The translations under genes and the position numbers were made by a program. The notes beneath the pieces are model-generated. The model saw only the letters and a program-made list of their open reading frames with translations. It made no database searches and was not told where the DNA came from. DNA of 64,000 nucleotides from a bacterium (GTDB lineage Bacteria > Margulisbacteria > Marinamargulisbacteria > GCA-2716485 > JAYNIM01): the NCBI GenBank assembly GCA_038109055.1, contig JAYNIM010000001.1:523365-587364 (forward strand). Reading direction: 5' to 3'. Shown one piece after another: positions 19,729-30,239 of this stretch. Each line of letters starts with the position of its first letter. Positions within the stretch are counted from its first letter, which is position 1.

Positions 19729-22102
19729 TACTGCTTTTCGACAAACTACATTTGTTGCTTTATTTCCTACATTCCTGACTTGGCTTATTTTTTATTTTAT
19801 TATCTTTGTTCCTATCTCTTTGTCTGCGACATCCTCTACCTTGTATGATGCCTTAAAACAAGGCCTTAATACTCGTGCTCATACTATGGGTCAATCTTTT
19901 ACAGCCATTGCTGATAATGGCAGTGGATTAAGCTATAACCCAGCAGGGATTTCTCGCTTAGATTTTGGCCTTGATTTTCAACATATTGATGTACAACATG
20001 CGGTCTATGAGCGCGCATCAACCTATAGTTTAAAATTACCCCCGCTGGCCTTAAATATTGACAGTTACCACTCTAGTTCAGATGTTTTTGCACGTGTTTC
20101 TGCATTAAACTTTGGCTCTGTTAAGCCTCGTTCAATCTCCTGGGGCTTTCGTTATAAATATATTGAATCGTCTGATAAAGATGGTTGGAGTAGCGATATT
20201 GGATTGTTGCTACACACCTACCCTTTTATGGATATTGGCCTTGTTGCCAAAGACTTTATCAATACCGTTGATATTGATAGCACCTTTGCTATTGGCTCTG
20301 CTTTTTTTACCCCTCAGAAGCGCTTTATTTTTGCTAGCGACCTTATTTATGATAGCTCCTCTTTGCGTGGATCTTCTTATGATCTTACTGTTGGCATTGA
20401 ATTTCATGTCTTACAAGAATTGGCATTGCGAGCCGGATATGGCCAACATCATTCTCGCTTGGGCTTTGGATTTTTATTCCCTTTTGGAAGCCTTGATTAT
20501 GGGGTTAAATTTTTATCGAATGAAGAACAACATATGCTTGGTATTCAGATTGGCCTGCCTCGCAGTTTTCGTCCTAAATTTTATCAAACGCTTACTCGGC
20601 CATCTCATTATACCTTTATTGAGTTAGGACAGGGCAGCCTTAGTCAGGGCAAATCAGAAAAAAGTTTATTGGGTGGCAATAAATTAGGGAGTAACGATTT
20701 ATTATCCTTGATTCATACCTCTAGTCTGGATCCTTTCTGTGAAGGCTATGTCATTAAACTTCATTCTTTATCGTCAGATTTGGCATCGTTAAGTTTACTG
20801 CAAGAACTTCGTCTTGAACTTGAGAAAGCCAAAAAAAATGGTAAAAAAATCTATGTTTATATTACGCACTGGGCCACCATGCCTGATTATTATCTTGCTA
20901 GTATCGCTGATCACATTGTTATCCCTGAACTTGGCACACTGAGCCATTTGGGCTTAACCTTAGATATTAAAAAAACCAAAGCATTTTTGAATAAATTTGG
21001 CATACAGCCTATTGTCCTATCTCAAGGTGCGTATAAAACAAGCTCTTCTCCACATACGGATCCCCTTGAAGACTACGAAAAATCTTTTTTAGAAGATTTA
21101 TTACAAACTATGTACATGCAACTGGCTGAAGATATTCAATCTTCTCGTCATATTACTTGGCAGTCGATTCATCATTATTTTGATGGCCAATTGATTACTG
21201 CCTCGCAAGCCAAAAAAATTGGCCTTGTTGATCACTTGGCATACTGGCCTGATTTAAAGCATGTTGTAAATAAAAATGGTGATGACATACGTCTTGTCCC
21301 TATTGAGGCGTATCTCCCCCCCCCACAAGCACGACCTCTCTTAGATTTTTCTGATTATATTGCAGTCATTGAAATTGATGGGTTTATTCAGCAAGGCCCT
21401 AATACAACTAATTTCCTTTTTGGACAGAATGCGACGGGCTCTGATGACTTTGACGAGATGATTGATTCACTCATTAAAAACGCTCATATTAAGGGGCTTA
21501 TTGTACGGATTAATAGTGGTGGTGGTAGTATGATGGCGTCTGATCAAATATATCAAGCTCTACAAAAATTTCGCTCATCTGGCCGGCCTGTTTATAGTTC
21601 TATGGGAAATTTAGCTGCTTCTGGCGGATACTATGTTGCACTGGGAAGTGATAAAATCTTTGCTAATAGTTCGACGTTAACAGGCAGCATTGGAGTCATG
21701 TCGTCTTTTTTGAATTTCCAAGAACTTTACGAACGTTTAGGTATTTCTCATGACCAGTTGAAAACCGGTAAATTCATGGATTTATTTTCGTCAAATCACT
21801 TACCTAGTGAGGAGCATCTGCAGATGATCAAAGCTCACCAGCAAAAACATTATGATTTTTTTTCAGCTAGAGTGATGAAAGATCGTCACCTGACTGATGA
21901 CGAAGCATTTTTTGTTTCTCAAGGTCAATTATTTACTGGAAAACAAGCTAAAAAATTAAAGTTAATTGATGAAGTCGGAAACTTTCAGGATACTATACAG
22001 ACACTTGCAACTAAGCTTTCTATCAATCCTAAAAACTTACTATTTATTCGGAAGAAAGCTAAACAACATTTTTCTTTGATGGATATTCTTTCGTTGTTTT
22101 AA
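19631..22102 (+). CDS. sppA: Signal peptide peptidase SppA (S49, two domains) with an N-terminal PorV/FadL-like beta-barrel; true start probably downstream of 19631
   Basis: C-half: RINSGGGS, SMGNLAASGGYY, TLTGSIGV, GQLFTGKQAKKLKLID; N-half: RAHTMGQSFTAIADNGSGLSYNPAGI followed by beta strands. Confidence 0.8.
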   Translation: MILICKIYSLVILISPAITRLGGNLTLFIKNISTAFRQTTFVALFPTFLTWLIFYFIIFVPISLSATSSTLYDALKQGLNTRAHTMGQSFTAIADNGSGLSYNPAGISRLDFGLDFQHIDVQHAVYERASTYSLKLPPLALNIDSYHSSSDVFARVSALNFGSVKPRSISWGFRYKYIESSDKDGWSSDIGLLLHTYPFMDIGLVAKDFINTVDIDSTFAIGSAFFTPQKRFIFASDLIYDSSSLRGSSYDLTVGIEFHVLQELALRAGYGQHHSRLGFGFLFPFGSLDYGVKFLSNEEQHMLGIQIGLPRSFRPKFYQTLTRPSHYTFIELGQGSLSQGKSEKSLLGGNKLGSNDLLSLIHTSSLDPFCEGYVIKLHSLSSDLASLSLLQELRLELEKAKKNGKKIYVYITHWATMPDYYLASIADHIVIPELGTLSHLGLTLDIKKTKAFLNKFGIQPIVLSQGAYKTSSSPHTDPLEDYEKSFLEDLLQTMYMQLAEDIQSSRHITWQSIHHYFDGQLITASQAKKIGLVDHLAYWPDLKHVVNKNGDDIRLVPIEAYLPPPQARPLLDFSDYIAVIEIDGFIQQGPNTTNFLFGQNATGSDDFDEMIDSLIKNAHIKGLIVRINSGGGSMMASDQIYQALQKFRSSGRPVYSSMGNLAASGGYYVALGSDKIFANSSTLTGSIGVMSSFLNFQELYERLGISHDQLKTGKFMDLFSSNHLPSEEHLQMIKAHQQKHYDFFSARVMKDRHLTDDEAFFVSQGQLFTGKQAKKLKLIDEVGNFQDTIQTLATKLSINPKNLLFIRKKAKQHFSLMDILSLF

Positions 22103-22412
22103 TCCCTTATCTTTACTCAAATCATTTAAGGATAGTCTGTATATATCTGATTCAAGAAATTTCTGCCCCCTTTGATTAAGATTATAAGACCTTAGTTAAA
22201 TTTTACAATATTTTTATTCATCCGGATCTATTTCATCTTTTAAGAGGATGCAGAGTTTTTGTCGCTAAAGGTATAAATTTTACTGAAAACTAAGCCAATA
22301 AAACACTTGCTATTCTAGCTAAAAATGTCGTCTTTCTTTTGAAAGAGTCCAAAGAAGGATTTTTGATGGGTATCTATACCTTCTTTTTTAATTTTTTTTC
22401 TTTTGTATGTAA

Positions 22413-22712
22413 TTAATAGTCGCTTCTGTTTGACCCAAAACTTGATGAGCGGCCTTTGGGTCTTCTATCTTCTGCTTCATTTACTCTGAGTGCACGACCT
22501 TGTAATTCTTCGCCATTTTTTTTACAGGCTTCTTGCATGCCTTCTTCTGTTTTAAATGTAATAAAAGCAAAACCCTTAGAACGGCCTGTTTGCATATCTG
22601 AAATAAGTTTTACTTCTTCAATTTCTCCGCATTTGCTAAATTCTTCTTCTAGCGCTTCTTCTGAAAGAGAAAAAGACAAATTTCCAACATATACTTTTCT
22701 ATTATTTTTCAT
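22413..22712 (-). CDS. RRM-domain RNA-binding protein
   Basis: RNP2 KVYVGNLS, RNP1 RSKGFAFITF. Confidence 0.92.
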   Translation of the reverse strand: MKNNRKVYVGNLSFSLSEEALEEEFSKCGEIEEVKLISDMQTGRSKGFAFITFKTEEGMQEACKKNGEELQGRALRVNEAEDRRPKGRSSSFGSNRSDY

Positions 22713-22777
22713 TTTTTCCTTTTTTTACCTACCCATAGTTAATTTTTCTACTATACATTCAGCGTATGGATTCGCCT

Positions 22778-24211
22778 TTAAACTCGTATAATGAATCTGA
22801 ACAATAACAGAAACAATAAGCTTATTGCAACTGTCACGACTGCTTTTTTTATAAAACTTGTCTGTTTTTGTTCATTACCGTTGCTTTTTAATTCTCTATT
22901 TACTGTTTTAATAGCTTCACTTTCTTTAATTTCTGGCTTGCTTATATTTATTTTAGATGTACCCTCTAATTTTAATAACTCTTTGATTTGTTTCTGTCTA
23001 GCCTTCACTTGCTTCTTTGATACCTTTTCTGACTTTGCCTTTCTTAGCTGCTCTAAATTAATTTTTTTGATAGGCACTGTTATTATTGCTTTAGGTGTTA
23101 TAACAGGTTTCGCTATGGCGTGTATTGGTTCCTTGATTACTGGGATGTTCTTTTCTATGACAATAAGGTCTTCTTTTTTCTCTATCTCTTGCTTTTTCTC
23201 AGTTTTCTCTATTTTTTCTACCTTTTTTTCCTTTGTAATTAGTTTCTTGAGATTAATAGAAAAATAAAACTGATTTTGATTGACCTCATAATCAGTTTTT
23301 TCATAAGCAAAATCAAAACTAACCTTCCCTATGTCTACGTTTATCCCCATACTATACTGCCCAAAACGCTTATTCTGCGCGATATGTTGTGAATATCCCC
23401 CAGAGACTGTAATAGTAGGTACATTAAACACCGTTTTTTCTAAGGCAATGGCTGGACAAAGGTAGACCCTATTATCTGCGTAGGTATTGTTATAGCTTAG
23501 GATATTTAGCTGTCCTAGGATATTAAGGTCTTGTACCTGATATTTGAGCGCTGCTTGAACCTGTTGAGGTAAGTGATAGCTAATTCCATTACTTTCGCCT
23601 CCGCTATAGTTCATTTTAGAGAACGATAGAATATTTTTTAACCCGATACTTGTTGATAAACGCTCATTAATCTGGGTATATAGACCTAGATCCATGTTGA
23701 ATGCACTACCACTCACTCTATCCATTTTATAGCTAAAATGAGAAAGATTTATCCCTATTTTGTGTCTTTCCTTCAAACTATTGGCATAGCCCACTTTTAA
23801 CACGCTATCTTTATAGGCGAAGTAGTAATCGACTCTGGGAAAATCTGTCTCTCCTAAACCTTCGACCTTAATTAAAGCCGTTGTATGTGGAATCACATCT
23901 GAACTATGCTGTATATATCCAATCGCGATACTTCCTTTTTTGAACGGATAATTGATCGCGAGGCTACTTAGTTTACCTTCTCTGTCTGCAATATAGCTAT
24001 CAAACAGGGTCATACTTGCATAGTTTAAATTGTCTAAGGCTGCTGGATTCTCGAATATCACTGTGGCTGTCTGTCCAAAACCGGCGATCCTGGCTTGCCT
24101 TAAAAAACTCGCTGAACTTGGTAATAAGGAGACATCTAAGGCGGTACTCGCCAAGGTTGTACTAATCAACATGCCCATCATTACTGTTATTATTTTTCTT
24201 ATGATTTTCAT
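22778..24211 (-). CDS. PorV-like outer-membrane barrel with a Lys/Glu-rich stalk and C-terminal hydrophobic helix
   Basis: Signal peptide, IFENPAAL motif, beta strands ending QFYFSINL, then charged region and KKAVVTVAISLLFLLLFRFIIRV. Confidence 0.55.
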   Translation of the reverse strand: MKIIRKIITVMMGMLISTTLASTALDVSLLPSSASFLRQARIAGFGQTATVIFENPAALDNLNYASMTLFDSYIADREGKLSSLAINYPFKKGSIAIGYIQHSSDVIPHTTALIKVEGLGETDFPRVDYYFAYKDSVLKVGYANSLKERHKIGINLSHFSYKMDRVSGSAFNMDLGLYTQINERLSTSIGLKNILSFSKMNYSGGESNGISYHLPQQVQAALKYQVQDLNILGQLNILSYNNTYADNRVYLCPAIALEKTVFNVPTITVSGGYSQHIAQNKRFGQYSMGINVDIGKVSFDFAYEKTDYEVNQNQFYFSINLKKLITKEKKVEKIEKTEKKQEIEKKEDLIVIEKNIPVIKEPIHAIAKPVITPKAIITVPIKKINLEQLRKAKSEKVSKKQVKARQKQIKELLKLEGTSKINISKPEIKESEAIKTVNRELKSNGNEQKQTSFIKKAVVTVAISLLFLLLFRFIIRV

Positions 24212-24660
24212 GGCTGTACGGCTATCTTTCCTTTATACAAGAGGGTATTACTGTCTTTTTCGTAAATCAGAAATAAATAAACGCCCGGTGTGAAATACTG
24301 ATTTGCAAGTTCAGCTCGTTTGATCTCAACTTTATTTACTCCCTGTTTAGCCCCTGCTTGATTACGTAATATTACTTTTGTAAATAAGGCATTTCCTATC
24401 GAATTGTAGATGTTTATTTTGATTGTTTCTGCAGATTCTAAATAATAAAACAGTGTAGGAAATCCTCCTTTGTTGATATAGAAGGGATTCGGCCAGCTTA
24501 AGGCTTGTTTTTTAACTGTTTCTAAACTTAGGGTCTCGTCTGAACTGCTAGTAGATATAAAGGAAAATGGTGGATCGCCAAAGGAAGAAAATGCGACATA
24601 CGCAGATAGTGACGTCTGTAATGCCATAGCCATGACAATTACGATGATGATTCTTTTCAT
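24208..24660 (-). CDS. Secreted protein consisting mainly of a T9SS type-A CTD-like (FlgD-Ig-like) domain
   Basis: Signal peptide; WPNPF...INIYNSIG...PGVYLFLI...KGKIAV pattern. Confidence 0.65.
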   Translation of the reverse strand: MKRIIIVIVMAMALQTSLSAYVAFSSFGDPPFSFISTSSSDETLSLETVKKQALSWPNPFYINKGGFPTLFYYLESAETIKINIYNSIGNALFTKVILRNQAGAKQGVNKVEIKRAELANQYFTPGVYLFLIYEKDSNTLLYKGKIAVQP

Positions 24661-24683
24661 TCCCCCCCCTTTTTTTTATATTT

Positions 24684-27017
24684 TTATTGCAATGAAATTA
24701 AAACCAGAACATAGTCTGTTTCCCCTATGTTTAAACGTGTTAAGGCTTTGCCTAAAATAGCACCGTGGGCTTGGGTGGTATCGACTGCCTTCATGGCATG
24801 TCCTTCTGTATCAGAACTTGTTAAAAAGTCACCTATTTCAATCCCTGTGTTTAAACCAACACTTTTTACCCATACACGTCCCAACATCGCGATATTCTGA
24901 TCTCCATCCATGAGGGTTCCTTCTTGTCCTTTCAAAATCATTCCAGGACTCACCCCCTTAGCGCCACTTATGACACCAATGACTTTTTTATCGTAGGCAC
25001 TATTAGATAGTTTTGCCTTTCCAGGATTCTGTGTATCTGCAATCACTACCATCCCAGGCTCAATCGTTGTGTTAGATGCGGATACAAAGAATTTCTCTGC
25101 AATATCTGCACTCCCATCGGTCAAATATGCCTCGCCAGCTGGAATCATAATACTTCCGTTGACTTCTAGTTTTTCAGTTGGATCAGTTACACCTATTCCT
25201 ACATTGCCATTTGCTTGAATTGTCATGATATTATTTACATCCCAAAAACCAAAATGCATTTTGTTAGATGCACTGGTATCTGCAACATGTTCATAACCTA
25301 TCCAAGCTGTATTGTATGAAGTCAATGATTTACCAAAGGCAAAATTCGCAATTTGACCACTTGTTAATGCTGAATTTACATATTCCCATCCACGAGTCCG
25401 TGTTCCATCTGTAAAAGATTTATTAATTCGAAAAGGGATACTTGAATCAGAAATATCAATTTGAAATTTTGCGTCACTAGGATCGCTTGTTCCAATCCCA
25501 ACATTCCCCTTATCTTTAATAAAGATGCCATTAGACTCATCATCATAAAGGCCAAGACCATTCCCATCTTGAGCTTGAATGCTAGAGCTAAAAAAGGCTG
25601 TTGCTGTCGCATTTCCTGTTAATTTTATATCTCCACTTACCCCAATATTCCCCACTACAGATAATTTTTTATCAGGGGTTTCCGTTCCTATCCCTACATT
25701 TCCTAAGGTGTAATAGGCTACGTTATTATTTCCTGTGACAAAGACACGTTCACTTGAAATACCGGTCAAATTTGACCCATCTATCGCTGGCAAAGACCCT
25801 ATCAGTTCATTTGCTGGTATCTTTCTTAAACCACTCCCTTCTCCACTAAAACTTTTTGCCGTAATGGATCCATTTGCTGTAGCATCTCCTGTTAGTGTTA
25901 TATCTCCACTTACCCCAATATTCCCCACTACAGATAATTTTTTATCTGGGGTTTCTGTTCCGATTCCTACATTCCCTAAGCTGTAATAGGCTACGTTATT
26001 ATTTCCTGTGACAAAGACACGTTCAATTGAAATACCGGTCAAGTTTGATCCATCTATCGCTGGCAACGATCCTTTAAGTTCAGCTGCGGTTAGATTTGTT
26101 AAGCCACTTCCATCCCCACTAATATTTGTTGCTAATACACTACCATTTGCTGATACATGTCCGTCTATATACATAAAGTTATTTCCCGACACCTTTCCTA
26201 CTTCAAGTATATTACTTTTCATATTTTCCATATTTCCAAGTCCATCACCTATTGCAAAATACAGGTCTGCTTCTGCATCATATTCACTACTTGTTTTATT
26301 GAATTTCCCAATGACTAATGAGTTGTCCCATGCGCTTAGTGTATAATTCCCCATAGCGGTTGAATAATCTCCTGAAGCGACTGTTCCCCATCCACTGGCG
26401 CTTGCATAATCTCCTGTAGCTGATGTATTTGCCGATCCCCATTTTAATGCATTAGTTCCGCTTCCTTCCTCTAGTCCTGCGGGAAGGACGGTTGTTGTAT
26501 TTGATGAAATCACCGTCCCATTCGTCAACATAATACTGTCCGCTTGTAGAGTTCCATTAATACTTACATTGCCAGTATAATTATTGGTGACAATTTTGTT
26601 ATTTACTGGATCTGTCCAGTCTAAAGAATTTGCAACTACTGCAAAAGGGACCGTTGTTATGTAGGATGTTTTATAGATAGTATTCATGTCATTCACATAA
26701 ATGTCTATTCTTGGTAAGTGTGTAGCGTCTGGAAAATCATAGGCCATTATTGCTTCTTCGAATGTTTGTCTGACGCCATTTCCATTTACATGTTCATCTA
26801 AGTCAATTTTAATAATAGAATTGTTTATATCTTCGTTATGAGCACCTGTTTCCCAAATCATGTTTCCACTACTATCTAAAAGTTTGACATTGACTTGTGC
26901 AGTTCCGTTTGGACTTGAAACTTGAACATGAATCTGCGCATGAGGAGGATTTGCCATGAGGGGTAATGCTAATAAACATAGACTAACCGCTAGGATTCCT
27001 ATTATTTTCTTATACAC
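24684..27017 (-). CDS. Secreted tail-fibre/adhesin-like protein with GNVGIGT repeats and a C-terminal peptidase-G2-like intramolecular chaperone
   Basis: Signal peptide; YadA-head-like ATGDYASASGWGTVASGDYSTAMG; four GNVGIG(T/V) motifs; C-terminal ADIAEKF..PGMVV..VIGVIS..GRVWVK..GDFLTSS..GAILGKAL. Confidence 0.7.
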   Translation of the reverse strand: MYKKIIGILAVSLCLLALPLMANPPHAQIHVQVSSPNGTAQVNVKLLDSSGNMIWETGAHNEDINNSIIKIDLDEHVNGNGVRQTFEEAIMAYDFPDATHLPRIDIYVNDMNTIYKTSYITTVPFAVVANSLDWTDPVNNKIVTNNYTGNVSINGTLQADSIMLTNGTVISSNTTTVLPAGLEEGSGTNALKWGSANTSATGDYASASGWGTVASGDYSTAMGNYTLSAWDNSLVIGKFNKTSSEYDAEADLYFAIGDGLGNMENMKSNILEVGKVSGNNFMYIDGHVSANGSVLATNISGDGSGLTNLTAAELKGSLPAIDGSNLTGISIERVFVTGNNNVAYYSLGNVGIGTETPDKKLSVVGNIGVSGDITLTGDATANGSITAKSFSGEGSGLRKIPANELIGSLPAIDGSNLTGISSERVFVTGNNNVAYYTLGNVGIGTETPDKKLSVVGNIGVSGDIKLTGNATATAFFSSSIQAQDGNGLGLYDDESNGIFIKDKGNVGIGTSDPSDAKFQIDISDSSIPFRINKSFTDGTRTRGWEYVNSALTSGQIANFAFGKSLTSYNTAWIGYEHVADTSASNKMHFGFWDVNNIMTIQANGNVGIGVTDPTEKLEVNGSIMIPAGEAYLTDGSADIAEKFFVSASNTTIEPGMVVIADTQNPGKAKLSNSAYDKKVIGVISGAKGVSPGMILKGQEGTLMDGDQNIAMLGRVWVKSVGLNTGIEIGDFLTSSDTEGHAMKAVDTTQAHGAILGKALTRLNIGETDYVLVLISLQ
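25610..26123 (-). repeat. Intragenic tandem duplication, period 273 bp (91 aa)
   Basis: GSLPAIDGSNLTGIS.ERVFVTGNNNVAYY.LGNVGIGTETPDKKLSVVGNIGVSGDI.LTG occurs twice; ctccacttac at 25631 and 25904; boundaries approximate. Confidence 0.9.
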
Positions 27018-27225
27018 GTTTTATCACTCCCATGTTTATTTCCCCCTTTTATCTTGAACTCAGGTTTTATTGATAGTTTTACTTATTCTTTGTTCCACAT
27101 TATGTTTTTTTACCCACATTCTGCCTATTTTAAACATTTATTTTTATCCCCCTCTATTTTTACTATGTTGTGATCTACCTATAGCTCCTATCCTTTTACG
27201 TGGTAATTTTTTAGCGTGTTTGACG

Positions 27226-29535
27226 CTATTTTTTATTAATCAACAGCAGCGTATTTCCCACAAAGCTTGGCCTTGTTTGTTCCGGCTCTTTGGGGGGTGT
27301 TTTTTCAGATAGGTCACGCATCCATATGGCGAGGCTTTGGCCTTGGTGGTAGGTGTTTGATGACTGGCCTGTTTTTTTAGCTTGATCGATCTTATTTTGA
27401 CCGTTTTCATCGATAAATAAGGCAAAACTACTATGATCTGCAGCTGCTATGCTAAAGGTTTGATCGGGTGTTTGGTACTGGTCATGTCCGTCTTTGTCTA
27501 TAAACATCGTGACGCTTTGATCCCAGGCAGCCGAGATTTTCACCCCTTGGCTCCCACGATAACGATCATTTCCTCCTTCGTCATAAAACAACCCAACAGC
27601 TTGATGTGCCGCAGTGGCCATACTATAACGTGAAGCCTGATATTCATCGTCTTCGTTGCCTAAATTTAATAGGACCCCTAAGCCATACGCATAGCCTGTT
27701 CCTAAGGAAAAATTCCCGGCCAAAAAGCTGTCCTTTCCCTGCCTGTCTAATAACAACCCGATACCGCCAGAGGCCATTTCTCTAAATCCTATCCCCAGTC
27801 CCTGCGCTGCACCTTTAAAGACATTGTCTGTCCCATAACTACTTTTAAAGCCGCCAAGAGCGCGATAGCGGTCATGCCCCTTTCTGTCATCTATAAATCC
27901 CAGTCCTCTGGGCAGCCCCAGCCCCTGACCAAAGCCTTGTATCTGATACTGATCCTGCCCCTTTTGATCAATAATGCCCCCAACCCCTGCAAATCCAATG
28001 CCCTGACAGAGTTGTTGGCCGATATAGGTATCGTTGCCTTGCTGATCGATCACTAAACCCAGTCCAAAAATACCTATACCCTGCCCCCAGACCTTCGAGA
28101 TATAGGTATCGTTGCCTTTGACATCTATGAGTATCGATACCCCTAAACACGCTGCCCCCTGCGCTAAGGGTTCTGTGGCGATGTAGCTGTCATCTCCGTC
28201 AAAATCAAGGATGATCTGTGACTGGCCCGGACTGGCATGTGTGAGATACTGATCGTTGCCCCCTAAATCAATGATTACTGCGACGGATTTTGTGTAGACC
28301 TGATCACTTTCATTGCCAATTATGATGTCTCCAAAGGCTGTTTTTTCCTGTCGTAATATCCCATTTTTGCTAGGACGTCGTTGGCCTACGGTGTTTTTGA
28401 GATGTTTTTTAAAGGCCTTCAACCAACGTTTATCTTGCAAAAAAGCCAGTGTATCACTGGCCTGATATAGGGAAGGAAGATCGACCTTTCGAACCAAGTC
28501 TACTAGTCTTTCTGACTTGTCGAAAGTGTTGGGTTCTCCTAAGGCTGATAGGGCGTAATGTTCGACTAACTCTGTATTTAAAAAGCTGAGTGACTCTTGA
28601 ATTGTTTGGCGTTCTTCGCTGTTTAAAGGGTTAAAGGCAGCTTCTGCTTGTTTAAAGGCTTTTTCGAGACCTTGCTTAAACCCAAGTAAGGTAGCTGGTG
28701 GTATATTCATCTCCTGTTTAGAGACGAGAGGGACTGATTGCAAATATTGAAAATAATGCCGTAGTTGCTGTGCTGTGTTCTGTCTGTGTTGTTGCATCAT
28801 ATGGGTTAGTACCTGATCTGCACCTGCAATAGGGTCTTGTTTGATGTATCTTAATAAGGGGACTCTAATTCCATCATCCCAGTATTCGGTTTTTTTGATC
28901 AAGGATTTTACCTGTTGATACTGTGTCCATTTATCTACCTGTTTTAACGCGTCTTTACACACTGCTTCTAGCTCTGAATTTTGAGATAGTTGAGGAAATA
29001 GTTCCTTGTTGCTTGATGGGGGCGTGAGTCGTTCAAAACGTTTTTGCCTTAGGGTAATCCTGTAGTTTAAGACCTCCCCTTTTTTAAAAAACTTTAGTGG
29101 TAGGTATTGGTTTAGGGGCATTTTTTCGGCCATGAGATCTAACTGTGCATCTGTGACGGGTATTTGTTGATAGCTAAGCTCTGTGTGGGCACGTAGAACC
29201 TTTAGACTGAGTTCTTCCCCAATCTGTTTGACCTTAGTAAGATGTTTTTTAAATTGTTGAAGTTGCTGATTAGGCGTACAGTCCTGAAAGTTATTACCAT
29301 CATAACTCAAAATAATGTCGCCTGCTTTTAAGCCTGCTGCTTTGGCTGCTGTATTTTGTAAAACAACATTAATTTTAATGGCCTGTTGCTTGCTGCTGTC
29401 TTTGGATACCTGTACCTCGATGGCTTTCATGGCAATTCCCAAAAAAGGGGTTGGTCTGTGTGCTGTCTTGGGATCTGCCTGTATAGACATACTGGCAATT
29501 ACACTCAGAACTAACGATAGATACCTAAGAGACAT
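27226..29535 (-). CDS. Secreted PDZ-domain protein with about 10 DxxGxDxY/Gly-rich repeats
   Basis: PFLGI..TAAKAAGLKAGDIILSYDG (PDZ); repeats DLGGNDQY, DFDGDDSY, DVKGNDTY, DQQGNDTY, DEGGNDRY. Confidence 0.7.
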   Translation of the reverse strand: MSLRYLSLVLSVIASMSIQADPKTAHRPTPFLGIAMKAIEVQVSKDSSKQQAIKINVVLQNTAAKAAGLKAGDIILSYDGNNFQDCTPNQQLQQFKKHLTKVKQIGEELSLKVLRAHTELSYQQIPVTDAQLDLMAEKMPLNQYLPLKFFKKGEVLNYRITLRQKRFERLTPPSSNKELFPQLSQNSELEAVCKDALKQVDKWTQYQQVKSLIKKTEYWDDGIRVPLLRYIKQDPIAGADQVLTHMMQQHRQNTAQQLRHYFQYLQSVPLVSKQEMNIPPATLLGFKQGLEKAFKQAEAAFNPLNSEERQTIQESLSFLNTELVEHYALSALGEPNTFDKSERLVDLVRKVDLPSLYQASDTLAFLQDKRWLKAFKKHLKNTVGQRRPSKNGILRQEKTAFGDIIIGNESDQVYTKSVAVIIDLGGNDQYLTHASPGQSQIILDFDGDDSYIATEPLAQGAACLGVSILIDVKGNDTYISKVWGQGIGIFGLGLVIDQQGNDTYIGQQLCQGIGFAGVGGIIDQKGQDQYQIQGFGQGLGLPRGLGFIDDRKGHDRYRALGGFKSSYGTDNVFKGAAQGLGIGFREMASGGIGLLLDRQGKDSFLAGNFSLGTGYAYGLGVLLNLGNEDDEYQASRYSMATAAHQAVGLFYDEGGNDRYRGSQGVKISAAWDQSVTMFIDKDGHDQYQTPDQTFSIAAADHSSFALFIDENGQNKIDQAKKTGQSSNTYHQGQSLAIWMRDLSEKTPPKEPEQTRPSFVGNTLLLINKK

Positions 29536-29590
29536 TCATCTTAGAATAACATAGCCCCTTTCTTCTCTGTAGTAACTTATGGTTTATTAA

Positions 29591-29691
29591 CTGCCTCATT
29601 AAATTGCACTAAAAAAACCAAACTACAGTAAAAACAAAACAAGAAACACTTTTTTTAATTTAACCCCTAATTTTTCTTCATTCAAAAAAAC
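29591..29691. repeat. Isolated copy of the IS downstream end, preceded by TTAA
   Basis: Same as 32763..32887 except that the latter has a 23-bp internal duplication and one extra A. Confidence 0.9.
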
Positions 29692-29732
29692 ATCACGAGT
29701 TAGCAATAAGATGTTTTCTTAAAAGAAATTCA

Positions 29733-30239
29733 TTATTTTTCAATAAAAATTAACTTCAGAAACAAAGAAACTGTCCTTGATACCCCCATGGTCATTCCCT
29801 TTTCTAACTCCTCAACATCCGAAGAAATTAAATATAATCCAGACAATATCTTGGGTTTTAAGGCTGTTAAACACAGAGCTTTTTCTATTTCATAAACATC
29901 ATAACGAAGCGTATTAAACAAGGCATTACCAGAATATTCCTCCAATACACGCAAAGCTTCTGTTGCTCGCTTAAAATTAGCCGTTAATAAGGCCTGTAAA
30001 GACAATCTTGAGGGCAGGGTTTCTTTCGCACGTTGATCTTGTGAGGTGTCTCGGGCCATCAAATGCGCCTGGCGATCAGGATAGACCCCATTAATTTTCT
30101 TTCGTAGCCCGGCCAATGCATCCGTCAGTGCTTTATTGCCGCATTCAAAACGGCAATAATCTTCTAATGCGCGCAATCCTTCACTGGCCCTGTTAATATT
30201 TGCATCAATAATGGCACTGTAATCGTTCTTAGCTAACAT
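29733..30239 (-). pseudogene. thiE: 3'-truncated thiamine-phosphate synthase (ThiD2 N-domain plus start of the TMP-TENI domain)
   Basis: IIDANINRASEGLRALED...ANFKRATEALRVLEE...LRYDVYEIEK, then LYLIS..; ends in apparently unrelated sequence. Confidence 0.75.

Noticed and set aside
24684..27017. Prophage tail gene
   Set aside because: Has a Sec signal peptide, and there are no capsid, terminase, integrase or other phage genes nearby
27060..27137. 25-codon minus-strand ORF with a strong RBS upstream of the fibre gene (MFKIGRMWVKK...)
   Set aside because: Too short to support; the resemblance to the fibre's GRVWVK may be chance
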